A stretch of 64,000 nt of DNA from Glycera tridactyla. Lineage: Eukaryota. Shown piece by piece: positions 47,886 through 60,674 of this stretch. The notes under the pieces were generated by a model. That model ran no database searches. It saw only the letters and a program-made list of their open reading frames with translations, and was not told the origin of the DNA. The stretch lies in assembly GCA_965644265.1 (NCBI GenBank), contig OZ286462.1:70928001-70992000 (forward strand). The letters run 5' to 3'. Numbering within the stretch: position 1 is the stretch's first letter; each line of letters starts with the position of its first letter. The position numbers and the translations under genes are program-made.

Positions 47886-47922
<37 letters not shown>

Positions 47923-48816
47923 GTCTCTCTGATGTNNNNNNNNNNNNNNNNNNNNNNNNNNNNNNNNNNNNNNNNNNNNNNNNNNNNNNNNNNNNNNNNN
48001 NNNNNNNNNNNNNNNNNNNNNNNNNNNNNNNNNNNNNNNNNNNNNNNNNNNNNNNNNNNNNNNNNNNNCTCCCTATGTCTGTCTGTGTNNNNNNNNNNNN
48101 NNNNNNNNNNNNNNNNNNNNNNNNNNNNNNNNNNNNNNNNNNNNNNNNNNNNNNNNNNNNNNNNNNNNNNNNNNNNNNNNNNNNNNNNNNNNNNNNNNNN
48201 NNNNNNNNNNNNNNNNNNNNNNNNNNNNNNNNNNNNNNNNNNNNNNNNNNNNNNNNNNNNNNNNNNNNNNNNNNNAATTATCATGAAGAAAACCTTTGTG
48301 TGAGTGCCTATGCCATTAGAAGTACAACTGTACCCTTAGTGAAGAACCCCCCCCCCCCCCCCCCAACCCACACACACACACACTTCACACTGCCTTGATG
48401 TATATGTGGCATGATATTTCCTTTGTAGCTGGTCCAATAACGGGTTGCAGCACATATGATAAAGCGTTTATACAAGTAGGAGATAGCTGATTATACAGCT
48501 GGAGGACAGTAAACACACAGCTGGTCCCCCTGGAGGGCCTAATAAAGTTGGAGAATGGCTGCACGGTGGTCCAATATGTGACAATCAACTCAATGTTTTC
48601 ACCCTGGAGGCAGTTAAACTGACATGCTCACCACTAGACAGGACTTCATGCCTGTCTATAGCTTTGGGTGATGAATTTGTGTGAGTGAGGTGGGGCTTGT
48701 GAGTGGGCGTGCAGACATGGATATGTGTGTGCGTGTGTGTATGTGTGTGTGTGTGCGCACGTGTGTGCATGCCTGTGTGTGAGTGGGGAGGGGAGGGTAG
48801 GGGTTTAGTGAGTATA

Positions 48817-49982
48817 CAGTGAAACCTGTCACAAGCGACCCCGCGACCAGCAACCACCTCTCTTGAACGACCATTTTTTCTGCCAAAACACAAAATACAG
48901 TGAAACCTGTCTTGGGAGACCCCTCTTTTGGGAGACAACCCTCTAATGGAAGACCGCTCTTTATCGGCCCTTCTCTATTTGACAAAATCAAATACACCTC
49001 CAATGAGACCACCTGTCTTGAGAGACCACTTATTGTTGGCGTTTGGGGCGGTCTCCCAAGACAGGTTTTACTGTACTTCTAAAATGACCTCTGATGAGCG
49101 ACTACCTCTCCAACGCGACCAGCGACCAGCCTAAATGATAGCAATTACCTGCGACGAACGACCACTTGAAGCATATCGGTATATTGAGACTGGGCGATAA
49201 TGCCTGCAAACTACACCCATGGCTTCAATTCTGCTCACCTTGCCGTGAATGTTCTTTGTTTCTATCATCCCCCCCCTCCCCCCGGGCCATTGTTTGGCCG
49301 CTCGTGCAATGTAGACATCTCTATCCATGTATAAATGAACTCACGACTTTCACGCTTTGTTGCAGAAGGACAATGCCTCAGTTTATTTTGCAGTCGACAG
49401 GTGTTGCCGCCATGCTGTAGCCTGGTAGCTGCAGTCTCCTCGCGTGATCTTGTGAGTGGCTGCAAAAGAGTGCTGGCTCACACTAGGCATGTGTGTGAAC
49501 AGCGCACAGCTAGCACCCAGCAACGTCTCCGGTACTTCCCTCCTCGTGTGGTTCTGTTCAGTGCCGGGAAAGTGGGTGCTGAATCATATGATGTATGAAT
49601 GCTGACCGAACGCGAGCTAGCACTCACTACTCAGCACTGAAGCCAGGCCTATGTGGGATGGTTATACGCAGTTAGTCTGACACGGCCAAAGCACACGGTT
49701 TCTGGCAAATAATAGCTATATTTCCTTATGAAAACACTGGTTTTGTTGAGAATGGAGTGTATATATGATTTCTAATGGTGATTTGCGTGTATTTTGTGAA
49801 ATATTCGGCAATTATCGATGTTAATTCAGCGAAATATTAGTGGGCGATATTGGGAGTATTCGGTATGTATACATGTGTACGCGACCGGGCCCAGCTGATC
49901 GAACCTGCGATGAGCGACCACCTGTCTTGAGCGACCACTTTTTCGTGCTTTCTAGGGTGGTGGCTCATCACAGGTTTTACTG
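48817..49982. mobile_element. Longer CAGT-ended TIR element (GCGACC-repeat variant) containing a nested MITE
   Basis: TA|CAGTGAAACCTGTCACAAGCGACC ... GGCTCATCACAGGTTTTACTG|TA with a CpG-rich interior. Confidence 0.75.
48898..49073. mobile_element. MITE family B, young subfamily, nested
   Basis: TA|CAGTGAAACCTGTCTTGGGAGAC ... GACAGGTTTTACTG|TA inside the left subterminal region of 48817-49982. Confidence 0.9.
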
Positions 49983-51049
49983 TAATGGGCATGCATGACT
50001 CCTTAGGTGGTTCCTTAGGGGACCCAAGCCCTAACCACGGGCCAAACCAGTGACACAAGCAGTGCAGTTAAACCTGTGACAAGCGAGTCAGTGATGAGCA
50101 AATACAGTTAAACCTGCCCATAACACCGACTCCATACAAATACCACCTGCCTGCCAAGGCCAACCACAGCAGTAAAAGCAATTAGTAGTTTCTGAAGAGA
50201 TCAACCTCTCAGGGTGGTTGCGATAGACAGATTTGGCTATATTGCAATGAGCAAGCAATATTTCCAGGACACATCTCCATCATTCCTATGGACAACATTT
50301 CACGAAATATGCCAATTGCAGCTCCAATAATTATTCCACTAATCGGGTGGATTTGNNNNNNNNNNNNNNNNNNNNNNNNNNNNNNNNNNNNNNNNNNNNN
50401 NNNNNNNNNNNNNNNNNNNNNNNNNNNNNNNNNNNNNNNNNNNNNNNNNNNNNNNNNNNNNNNNNNNNNNNNNNNNNNNNNNNNNNNNNNNNNNNNNNNT
50501 TGTGTGGTAGGAAGGGGGTGGGGCGCATTACAAGTCAACATCCCTGAAAAAAATCCCTGTCAAATAAATCATGTGTGGCGTCTCAATGCCAGCAGCAATC
50601 AAATCTCATGTCTGATCATGAGAACACTAACTGAATGGTGAACCCCACTTAGCACTGACATGCAAAAATAATTTGACCGATGGAACTACACCCAAAATTA
50701 TTTACAGCCATCAATAATCATAAACGATATACGCAAGCAAATACTCAGAATCTGTTAATTATACCGACTCCTAATATGAGCCAAATTATATGTGACTGTA
50801 ATAATATCAGCCTCATATACATATAGTCTTATCACAATACCATATATCACTATATACGCCCATACATAACAAGACTTGCAGGTCCTGTGTTCAATCCATG
50901 ACAAGGTAGGCTCATACACTGAAAATGCATGTCAACACCGAATAATAATCGTGTATTTTGTGATAAAAACGAAAGGCCAGCATCTTCAATAGCTCGCTTT
51001 TACTGAAAACAACATCATCCAATACTCTTAATACTCCACAAACCACTTC

Positions 51050-51466
51050 AATCAATCAATCAATCAATCAATAATGTACAGGTTTCTCACTTCCAAAGCA
51101 CTCACCTACTGCATACCCATTTCTGATTTCAGATTGTTCAATACTGCCTTGCATCTTTCACCCTTACTGGGAAATATCTTTCTCACCAACCAATCAATCA
51201 ATCAATCAATAATGTACAGGTTTCTCACTTCCAAAGCACTCACCTACTGCATACCCATTTCTGATTTCAGATTGTTCAATACTGCCTTGCATCTTTCACC
51301 CTTACTGGGAAATATCTTTCTCACCAACCAATCAATCAATCAATCAATAATGTACAGGTTTCTCACTTCCAAAGCACTCACCTACTGCATACCCATTTCT
51401 GATTTCAGACTGTTCAATACTGCCCTGCATCTTTCACCCTTACTGGGAAATATCTTTCTCACCAAC
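51050..51466. repeat. Tandem triplication, 3 x 138 bp, each unit with an (AATC)n run
   Basis: The ATG of the repeated 46-aa frame falls at 51074, 51212 and 51350. The third copy has two visible substitutions. Confidence 0.93.
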
Positions 51467-53081
51467 TCTATGGTCACTGAAAAATTGCACAGCCTCCACT
51501 GGTTTCAATGGAGACGGAGATTTATTTTTGGAGTCATCGGACTATAGAGGCAGCTGAGTCTCAACCTCAAATGAAATATAATATTATACCTAAAAAGGAA
51601 AAGCACAATCTCAATGTACATTGAGGCAGCTAGAAAAAAGCAGAAATAGAGATTTCGGAAAGTATAATTGAAAAGTCAGCCATGTGGATAAGACGAATGT
51701 GAATAGAAAGAAAGTGCAAGTGATAATGGGGTTATTTTGCGTGCATGGCTGCAGCTACACGTGGCAGAGCTCAGTATTATGGCTGATCATAGCTGCTCGA
51801 TTGAACATAGACACGCCATTTAGGTGAGCCTCATACGGCGGCGTCAACATGCAGTGACTGTCAAAGACTTCCACGTCAATGCCTATTTCCATCTGCAGGC
51901 ATTGTGGAAGTGCGTGATTTGGCACACAAACACACAGCGTTGCACTGATTTATTTGCGGGGTGAGCAGAGGCCAAAGTAGCTTGACTTTCCTATCGAACA
52001 CACTAACAGCATGAGGAAAGAAATACTACCAATACGATCAACACCACTGTGAGTGTTGGTTGAAACTTGTGAATAGATATTAGGGAAAAAAGGTTCTGTA
52101 CATGATGTATAAGTCAATACTTTTTACCAACAAACAAGCCAAAAACAAGGGTGTCAACTCATACACTAGACCATGTGAAGACTGGTGTTGACAGTGACTC
52201 GTTCACAAAATCCTGATCACTCTCAAAATGCCCAAAATACAAGTATCAATATGAATATCAATATATATGCTCTTCCATAGAGGACCACCTACCACTATTA
52301 TAATGGAACCAAAAACGAGAGCAACAAAATACAACGAGGATTTTTTCTGTACAGCATTTATGCATTTTCAACTGATGGAAATAGCTATTTGAAGGCAGAA
52401 CACCACACTGCTGCTGGGGATAACTCCATTGATACATGAGTCATGAGAACAATCACCATGGAATACAAACCCCTCGGTGGATGAGTTGACAGATTTGAGT
52501 TTCTTGAAACGTGATCTCCCGTAGCTGGGTATCTCCATCAGAAGAAGAATATTTCATGTTTCCATTTAGATCTCTCATAGTATCCAAGCTCTCTAAGAAT
52601 CCCTCATATTACCAGCACTATGTGTGCGACTGACTCAGACTTCTTCCTGTTCGTTATCATAGCCAGGTACATTGTAGGTGTACAATCTAGCTGAACTATA
52701 ACTGATAACATATCACTCACTGTCAGGGCTGCGCTACTGGCGGCTATCACTATCATATCAATAGCTGCTAGTGTTTACAAAATAGCATGAATTGGTAGCA
52801 TGTGAAACAAAGCCTTCCACCTGCCCTGACATGATACCAAGTCTCCCACCTGCCCTAGCATGGAACAAATGAAGCCCAACATATGCCCTACTAGGGTGAA
52901 TTGCCAGGATGAGAAAGAAAGGAAATATGAGGACTGACTGATCAATTGATTGGTTGGAGTTCAATTACATGTATCAACCTGAGCCTAGGGATCCATGAGC
53001 GACAGATGCTCTGTCCCTTCTAGCATCACTCTCACACACCCTCAACACATGACAACAGGGAACTGAAAATGTTGCCAAGGG

Positions 53082-53253
53082 AACCTGTCTATAAAGACCG
53101 CCTTCAGTCACATCCAAAAGTGGTCTTTATAGGCAGGTGGTCTTTATAGAGAGGTCATTTACTGTTGAAAATACTACCACGGTCACAGCCCAGGGCGGTC
53201 TTTATAGAGAGGTGGTCTCTATAGAGAGGTGGTCTTTAGAGCAGGTTCGACTG
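53082..53253. mobile_element. MITE family A copy (left end eroded)
   Basis: AACCTGTCTATAAAGACC ... CAGGTTCGACTG|TA. Confidence 0.82.
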
Positions 53254-53334
53254 TACCTCTATCAGATACACTGATGAATGTTTGAGTGGCATTTTTCATT
53301 ATATCCCCAGCTGAAAGCTGGCACTTACTGATTA

Positions 53335-53509
53335 CAGTGAAACCTGCAACCAGAGACCGCCCTAAATGTCACCAAAAAGTGGTATCTCAAAAGAGGTCTC
53401 TAGTCAGAGGTATAATTGTCTATGTCAAATAGAAGGGCTGCCCTAAAAAATGTGGTAGCCCGTTGGAAATAGTCTCTCATCAAGGAGCCCATCATTGCAG
53501 GTTTCACTG
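53335..53509. mobile_element. MITE family B copy
   Basis: TA|CAGTGAAACCTGC ... GCAGGTTTCACTG|TA. Confidence 0.82.
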
Positions 53510-53613
53510 TATGGAGAAATAAAGAAAGAAATGAAGTTAGGTCATGCCCGAATGAATGATTCATTGTGTGCCAGATGAGATGAGATGGCTATTGCCAATA
53601 CAAAAGCCATCTA

Positions 53614-54158
53614 CTGTAGTGTCGCGCATATACGCGCAGTGAGCGAAATCGTGAGCAGACATGGAAAACCGGGTGCGCGTACACCCGAACGTGCGCGTAT
53701 AACAAATTCGTGCAAACGCGCACCTTCGCCGATAATCGCATAAACAAGCAGTTACCAACAACTGGCAGTCATCTTGATAGCTGAGGAAGAATATTAATTT
53801 TATTTCTCCCATGATGCCTTGCGACCGCGGACCCTAGTCCCAACAGAACCGTCTGCGATCGTATATTTGTATGGCTCAAATAGAGAATGAGGTTGGGGTT
53901 GGAGGGAACAGGGTACCCACGATTAATATTTTTCAACATCTCCCATCATGCAATAAGACGGATACAAGATGTCGATTAGAATACAACGACAAGTAAAAAG
54001 ATCGCTTTTTCGTTCATTCTTTCGTTTTTCATGGCATTTCAACCACGATTTTTTGGGGATGCGCGTATGCCCGAGAAGGGTGCGGGTATTGCCTAATTCG
54101 AGCAAAACATGGGGGTGCGCGTTTGTCCGAATGTGCGCGTACACGCGCGACACTACAG
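53614..54158. mobile_element. 545-bp TA-flanked TIR element with CGCG-rich ends
   Basis: TA|CTGTAGTGTCGCGCATATACGCGCA ... TGCGCGTACACGCGCGACACTACAG|TA (25-bp TIR, 2 mismatches). Confidence 0.85.
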
Positions 54159-55953
54159 TATTGTATTGAAAATTTTCTTTTTTTTACAAAAGAATCACAT
54201 ACCATTTTCATCCCTCGTACATGAGAAAATGTTCAAAATTCATGCATATACTTTGAAATGATTGAAACCTGGATTTACCCGAATCAATATCGCCTTTAAA
54301 GTTCACTCCACCCCCACATCAATGAGGGATTTATCAAATGTCGAGTTGGTTTGATCACTGCTGCTTTATCTCATACACTGGATAAAATGAATACAGAAAA
54401 TTCCAACCTCAAGAACCAGCAAGATTTACTAAGGACTGAAACCTCAACCCACAGTCTGTGAACTTCACATGGACCATAATTTCCACTGAAAATTTAGCTA
54501 AAATCAATAGCGAACAGCCTTGGTGTACCGATGTCATGACACATATGTTCCAACTTTACCCTCATATCTTGGTTGTGATACACTCTTCCTTCCCAGACTC
54601 TACCAGGATAGGATGGTATGCGTCACAAGTCTTCCACCACCGTGGTCTGACAGTCGGAGAACTCCACTAATCCAGTCAATCCAGCTCGTGGATTTAGCAC
54701 TAAATCCAGCAGATAGTTCCACACGGAGGAGCAGCCACCACCGATATCATCCACTCATGTGGTTTAATCTCCATACTAGTAGCATCTCAAGTGGGATGCT
54801 GAATAGGATGGCAACCGTGGATGGAGTAGGGTGATATATGGATGATATGGATGACAATCTGAGTGGTGGCGGTTGGTCGGTGTCCTCCCTGTTGCGTACA
54901 ACCGTTGCCAATGGGAACAGGATGAGACTAACCGATGGATGGCACTCCAGAGATACAAACAACTATCAACTTCTGATGTCTAGTCGCTGTCATGCAATAT
55001 TTTTTATGACTATTACTTGAAACTTTTTCGGACATTTCACCAAACTGATCTCATCCTCCCCCTCTCATGCATACAGACCACAGAATACATAGAAATGAAA
55101 ACCTGGAGATATCACACTAGTTTCAATTAGGATGGATCAACAGGCAGAGAAAATTTATTCATCCAAATGACATAAGCTCAATATCAAGGGGCACCTTTGG
55201 CTCTATATAACAGTCAATGTGTGAACTCACGGGCTACTTGCCAGAGGGGAAAAACTACTCCCTCCATGCATCAGTGACTGACCAATCAGTAAGTCACATT
55301 TTAATGACAAATTTAACAATAGCTCTTCAATCACCCCCCCCCCCCCCCCCCATCTCTCACACACTGGAATTCATATCCTCTCGGTCATAATGAGTCATTC
55401 AAGTCATTCTGAATGAGTGACATGTTACCCAGAATTATTCACAAGCACCATATTCGACTAATATTTTGACGAACCTGCTATATTGGTCTGACTGTTTTTC
55501 TTTCCTGCTCCTTCTAGCAAAATACCATGAATCTTTCTTTCAAAAATAAATTGAATTTAGGATGTATGAGTGCAATGAATAGCAGTCATGAGAAATGCTC
55601 CTCAATCAGCAGTGACACATCACTGGCCAATATTCTGCTTATTTCATGGACTTGCAATGAGTGAGGCAGTGACAATTCAATGATAAGTCAATTGGATACA
55701 AGGTGCGATAACTTGTAGCACCTGCGTAATTTGATAAAGCCAGATGAAAGTTATGATCATGCCCGTGAACATCACTTTATGACCATTGATTCCCACGTGA
55801 GCTAGTGTCACACATGATATAACAAAGTCTCATTTTGTGAGACAACTTTTTCATTTGATATAGTGCAGCATCATCATAGGTTTCACAGTACGACTCTTGG
55901 TAGGCAAGCGGTCTTTGTCAAAAGGTGGTCCCTAAAGCAGATTCAACTGTATA

Positions 55954-56131
55954 CAGTGAATCCTGTCTTGGGAGACCCCTCTTTTGAGAGACCACCCTCT
56001 AATGGGAGACCGCTCTTCATTGGCTCTTCTCTATTTGCCATAGTCAAATATACCTCCATTGAGAGACCACCTGTCTTGAGAGACCACTTTTTGTTGGCGT
56101 TTGGGGCGGTCTCCCAAGACAGGTTTTACTG
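55954..56131. mobile_element. MITE family B, young subfamily
   Basis: TA|CAGTGAATCCTGTCTTGGGAGAC ... GACAGGTTTTACTG|TA. Confidence 0.9.
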
Positions 56132-56860
56132 TATTAGGATAGCAGTGAGAGGGTCTCGTGGAGCTGATGCAAACTACAGAATTGATATACAGTGAAACCT
56201 GTGATGAAAGATCAATCTAAATGTCACCGAATAGCAGTTTCTCAAAAGAGCGCGTCTCTTGTCAGAGGTTTTCTCGATTATGAATGATAAATACCCATCA
56301 GAGGTGGTCCGAAATTGGGGATCTCTCATCACAGGTTCCTCTTATCACAGGTTTAGCAGAATCCCTAGATAGCTAATAGGTGGCGGAAAAGTGCATTTAA
56401 AGAGATGTGGGATACAAATGTTAATCTTTGCAGGCATACCATAACTGTGGAAGCTGAAATATGGCATTGATCTTTGCCGATTTAACAATGTACTAATGCC
56501 AATCATAAATGGATCCAGATGCCGACATTGTACTTTATATGGTGATAATAAAGGCAGGTGTAGGGCTTAATGCAATAACAGAATTAGATTGGCATATTAA
56601 AACCATGCCCGAGTAGTTTATCGACACCAGGAGCATTTGATATCACTCCATGGAACCAGTGTTTTCTCCAAATTATATCTGCAGCCCCATGGCAAACACA
56701 TGCATCACTGTCTCGAATTGAGCAACATAGGGCAAACATATGTAAGATTGACTTAGAATTGGCCAACCTAGGGCCAATATACATAATTTATTAACACTTA
56801 ATCAAATTGGTCAACCTCGGGCCAACACACACAATGCTGAATCAACTTGGTCAATCTAGG

Positions 56861-57229
56861 TCCAACACATGTGACACTGCAATAACTCTGGCCTGAGGCC
56901 AACACATGTGACACTGATACGAATTGGCCAACATGAGGCCAACACATGTGACACTGACACGAATTGGCCAACCTGCGGCCAACACATGTGACACTGACTT
57001 GAACCAGCCAACCTGAGGCCAACACATGTGACACTGACTTGAACCAGCCAACCTGAGGCCAACACATGTGACACTGACTTGAACCAGCCAACCTGAGGCC
57101 AACACATGTGACACTGACTTGAACCAGCCATCCTGAGGCCAACACATGTGACACTGACTTGAACCAGCCAACCTGAGGGCAAGACATGTGACACTGACTT
57201 GAACCAGCCAACCTGAGGCTAACACATGT
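56861..57229. repeat. Minisatellite, 40-bp unit (GCCAACACATGTGACACTGACTTGAACCAGCCAACCTGAG), about 9 copies
   Basis: Direct reading; explains the repetitive ORFs 56798..57306. Confidence 0.95.
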
Positions 57230-58326
57230 AATCCGAACTCGCCTGACAAATTGAGAGATATGGAAGTCCTGACCATGTCAGTCATCGAGAATATCTCCCT
57301 GTGCATTTCACTGGACTGGTGAATTTTTTTTTTTTTTTAACTTGAGAACACAACAATCATAAATTCAAATGGGAAAAATTGTCCTGCCCTTCTGTAATGA
57401 ATGATAATAGATTTGCTATAAAACAACACAGATCAGACAGAAGTTCATGAAAGCTTTTTTCTAGGTCCTACAATAGGATCCATTGGCAATTCATCATCAT
57501 GAGTGGATGCGAAATGGGTTCTCTAAACTATGCAATAACATCGCATCCAACATGTCGTTATTGAATTGTAGCTGGGGCAAGTGGCATATTTGTCATATCA
57601 GATAATGACATTTCAGGACATGGAATTAATATGATTGTAGAGGCTGACAGCAACCCATTCAACATACACAAAAGACCCCATTATAAATACACACAATCCC
57701 ATACATCGGCCCTGTTCCACTTATTCTCGCAATTATTATCCAAGTCTGATATGATATGATGCATCCCCTCCCCATCCTGAGTTCTAACTAGATTGACTTC
57801 AAACAGATCATGACAATCAGAAGTCAATTGCACCATCGATACAAAATCTGACCCTATTGGTCATCCAAGATATCCAACAGGAAATTATTAAATCACCTAC
57901 TGGACTCACTATTGTGATGACTGTCAGTGAGTTGCAGACTCACTAGTCATCAATTTGATGGGAAATCTGTATTGTCCCTGAGAAATGAGTGATACTGAAT
58001 CAGGTATTTTTGTTACAGTGATTTTTTTATCAGAAACCATATCATTCCTTATCATAGCCCCCGGCAATATATTGAGGATAATGGGGTTTTGAGGTCAAGA
58101 TTCCTCTACCATTGTGGTCAATCACTGTTATTCTGTAGATGAGACAAACTTGCTCAAAAGGCAACCCCTATACCAAAGTCACCTGCCTATATAGAACACC
58201 ATGACAGTATACAGCATCTCTATCAAGACTGCCTGTCTACCTTCTGATTGCGACCAAGGGTGATCTTTGAGGACAGGGTCTACTGTAGCCTGGATGCTGC
58301 CTTCCACACACACACACACCCACACA

Positions 58327-58516
58327 TTTTTTCAGTGATAGAAATCATGTCAGAGACATATTTCCAGATTGTACTGGCAACAGGTCCATGAAATGTGTTC
58401 CAAACGCCCAAATTATTTTTTGGCTTGTATGGGATTTGAACCATCAACCTTCCAGTTTGGCACCCTCACCAGCGACAAACTGCCAGCACTCTTGTCCTCT
58501 ACACCACAGCGGATCC
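58327..58516 (-). mobile_element. tRNA-derived SINE, second full copy
   Basis: Homologous to 5884-6066, with A-box GTGGTGTAGAGG and B-box GGTTCAAATCC, flanked by CA repeats. Confidence 0.82.
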
Positions 58517-58530
58517 ACACAAAAATGGAT

Positions 58531-58531
<1 letters not shown>

Positions 58532-58601
<70 letters not shown>
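58532..58601. repeat. (CA)n microsatellite
   Basis: Direct reading. Confidence 0.95.
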
Positions 58602-58605
<4 letters not shown>

Positions 58606-60674
58606 TTCCCTGGATGATGAAGAAAGCATTCCAATAAATAGCGCATTGAGTCTGGAAGGGTTTTCTCTGAGCTCGGTTGTGTTTTATTGGCGGATGGTGT
58701 GAAATGATCAAACAGATACTGATGAAACTCATGGCGATGAAAGTTAAATATTTAATGGAAGCTAATAGCAGTTGAATCTAGGCTAATTTTATTTGAATGA
58801 GGAATGGCGCATGTGATACAAATACACAACTGGAAGCTGAATACTGGTGTAACTATGCATAGAAAAGTGAGCCGAAACCCATAACTGACAGTTATAATGA
58901 TTTTGATACCCTGGATTCCAAACTGGGGCCAATTCAAGTAAACCCTCTCCTTTTGATTGTATCGTCTGAGGCATGGCTGAGGATGGAGTTACCCAATTTT
59001 TTTTTTCATTCATAACTAGTGGGTCGGAAATGATATGCCCAGGTCAAATACCACATGTGGCATGATGCAGAGGTCATATAACATACATATCTTATTCTAT
59101 ACACATGATGTAATGTGAGAGATGGCAGGTCAGGTCTGGGTTGATCATGTGCATTAATAACATTGGTGGTGGTGGTGGTGGTGTCAGCAGAGGTGGCCAT
59201 GGTGGCAGTGGAGATGATGATAATGATCATGATAATAATAACTAGAATTTTAGTGAGGCACCTCCTCACTCAATATGTCTCCCCCCAGACTTTGTAATTG
59301 TTCACTACCTGCATGCATGCCTGGGTTCACCTGCTTGCTTATTCATCTTCAAGTGAGCATGCTCACTGATAANNNNNNNNNNNNNNNNNNNNNNNNNNNN
59401 NNNNNNNNNNNNNNNNNNNNNNNNNNNNNNNNNNNNNNNNNNNNNNNNNNNNNNNNNNNNNNNNNNNNNNNNNNNNNNNNNNNNNNNNNNNNNNNNNNNN
59501 NNNNNNNNNNNNNNNNNNNNNNNNNNNNNNNNNNNNNNNNNNAAAAAGATAATACTAAAATAAATATGAGAAGAAATATGACACCATTCCCATCCAGCAC
59601 AATTACCACATCATAATAATGACAATGATGATAATAATGATGCTTGACACTTTTTCATTCATGTGGAAAATGGATTAGTAGCAATGCACCATTGCTCTCC
59701 ATCCAGTTGTATTGAAGCTTGGTGAAGTCTGATTTTGGCCCAAGTTATGGAACAGACATGGAAACTCCTACCATTGAATGAACGAAGGCTCCCCTTGATT
59801 TGTCAGTGAATGATTTGTGTACAATAAACACCAGAACTGGCTACTACTTATCATGCTTTATGTGAACATGAGAGGAATCTCTCACTGAGGGGCACAGAAT
59901 CAATATAACACACCACAGCTTCCACACCAACACACAAGCAACCCATCCTATCACACTTCTTTGCAACCCCCTTCATCTTGGAGAATGATCGGTACACATA
60001 TATACTCCACCAAAACGGTGATGGATACAGGAGAACTTGCTTGAAAGTCTTCCTCTATACGAAGGCCACCTGTGCAATCAAGGGTAGTCTTAGTAGACAT
60101 TTTCAACTGTAACCCATTCCAACTCGCTCAATCAATCTACCGTGCAATAAACCAAATTGCAATCGACCGAGCTCATATGAATTAACCATAGGCTCGCTGC
60201 TGATGAAGTAATATTGAATTCATATCTCATGCACAGCAGACTACTCTGATCGCATGCAATGTCCATGAAGACACACTCATCTAGGCTGGTCATCCAATAC
60301 AAGGTTTTCAAATGCACCCACTTCATACTGATGATCATCTCCTTCATGTCAGATCAAGGGCAGTAACATCCCCCAGCACTCGTAGTAGCATGTGTAGCCG
60401 GTAACCACAGACTGTCTAGCTTTAAAATGACTGTGTCTCAAAAGCCATGCCATGGTGTGGTCTTGGTGATATAGAAGAATTTTAAGATCAGAATGAAACT
60501 ATGTTTCACAATACACCATTCGAATGTACAAATTACATTCTGAAAAATCATCCAATTTCTCGCGAATTTGAACCTGGATCAGGGATTGTTTCTTGGTTAG
60601 AGACTTGTGTACCTGTGTGGATATATCACCACTCACCTATCAACTACATGGCCTGCACGAGTGAAGGACCAATA

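Noticed and set aside
24984-54565. Shared 13-mer ACTTTACCCTCAT (ATGAGG|GTAAAGT on the minus strand) at 24984 and 54553, suggesting alternative first exons
   Set aside because: Tens of 13-mer matches are expected by chance in 64 kb, and the phase does not fit the BTB exon.
56798-57306. Cys/Trp-rich repetitive ORFs of 112-151 aa
   Set aside because: They are translations of the 40-bp minisatellite, with the frame rotating every unit.
54688-59367. Isolated short palindromes (TGGATTTAG-CA-CTAAATCCA near 54689; AGTGAGCATGCTCACT at 59352)
   Set aside because: Single short palindromes with no supporting context; not distinguishable from chance.
18999-59542. ORFs containing long X runs
   Set aside because: They cross assembly gaps (18999-19218, 24329-24559, 26391-26533, 32695-32846, 32965-33122, 45740-46069, 47936-48068, 48089-48275, 50356-50499, 59373-59542) and are artefacts.
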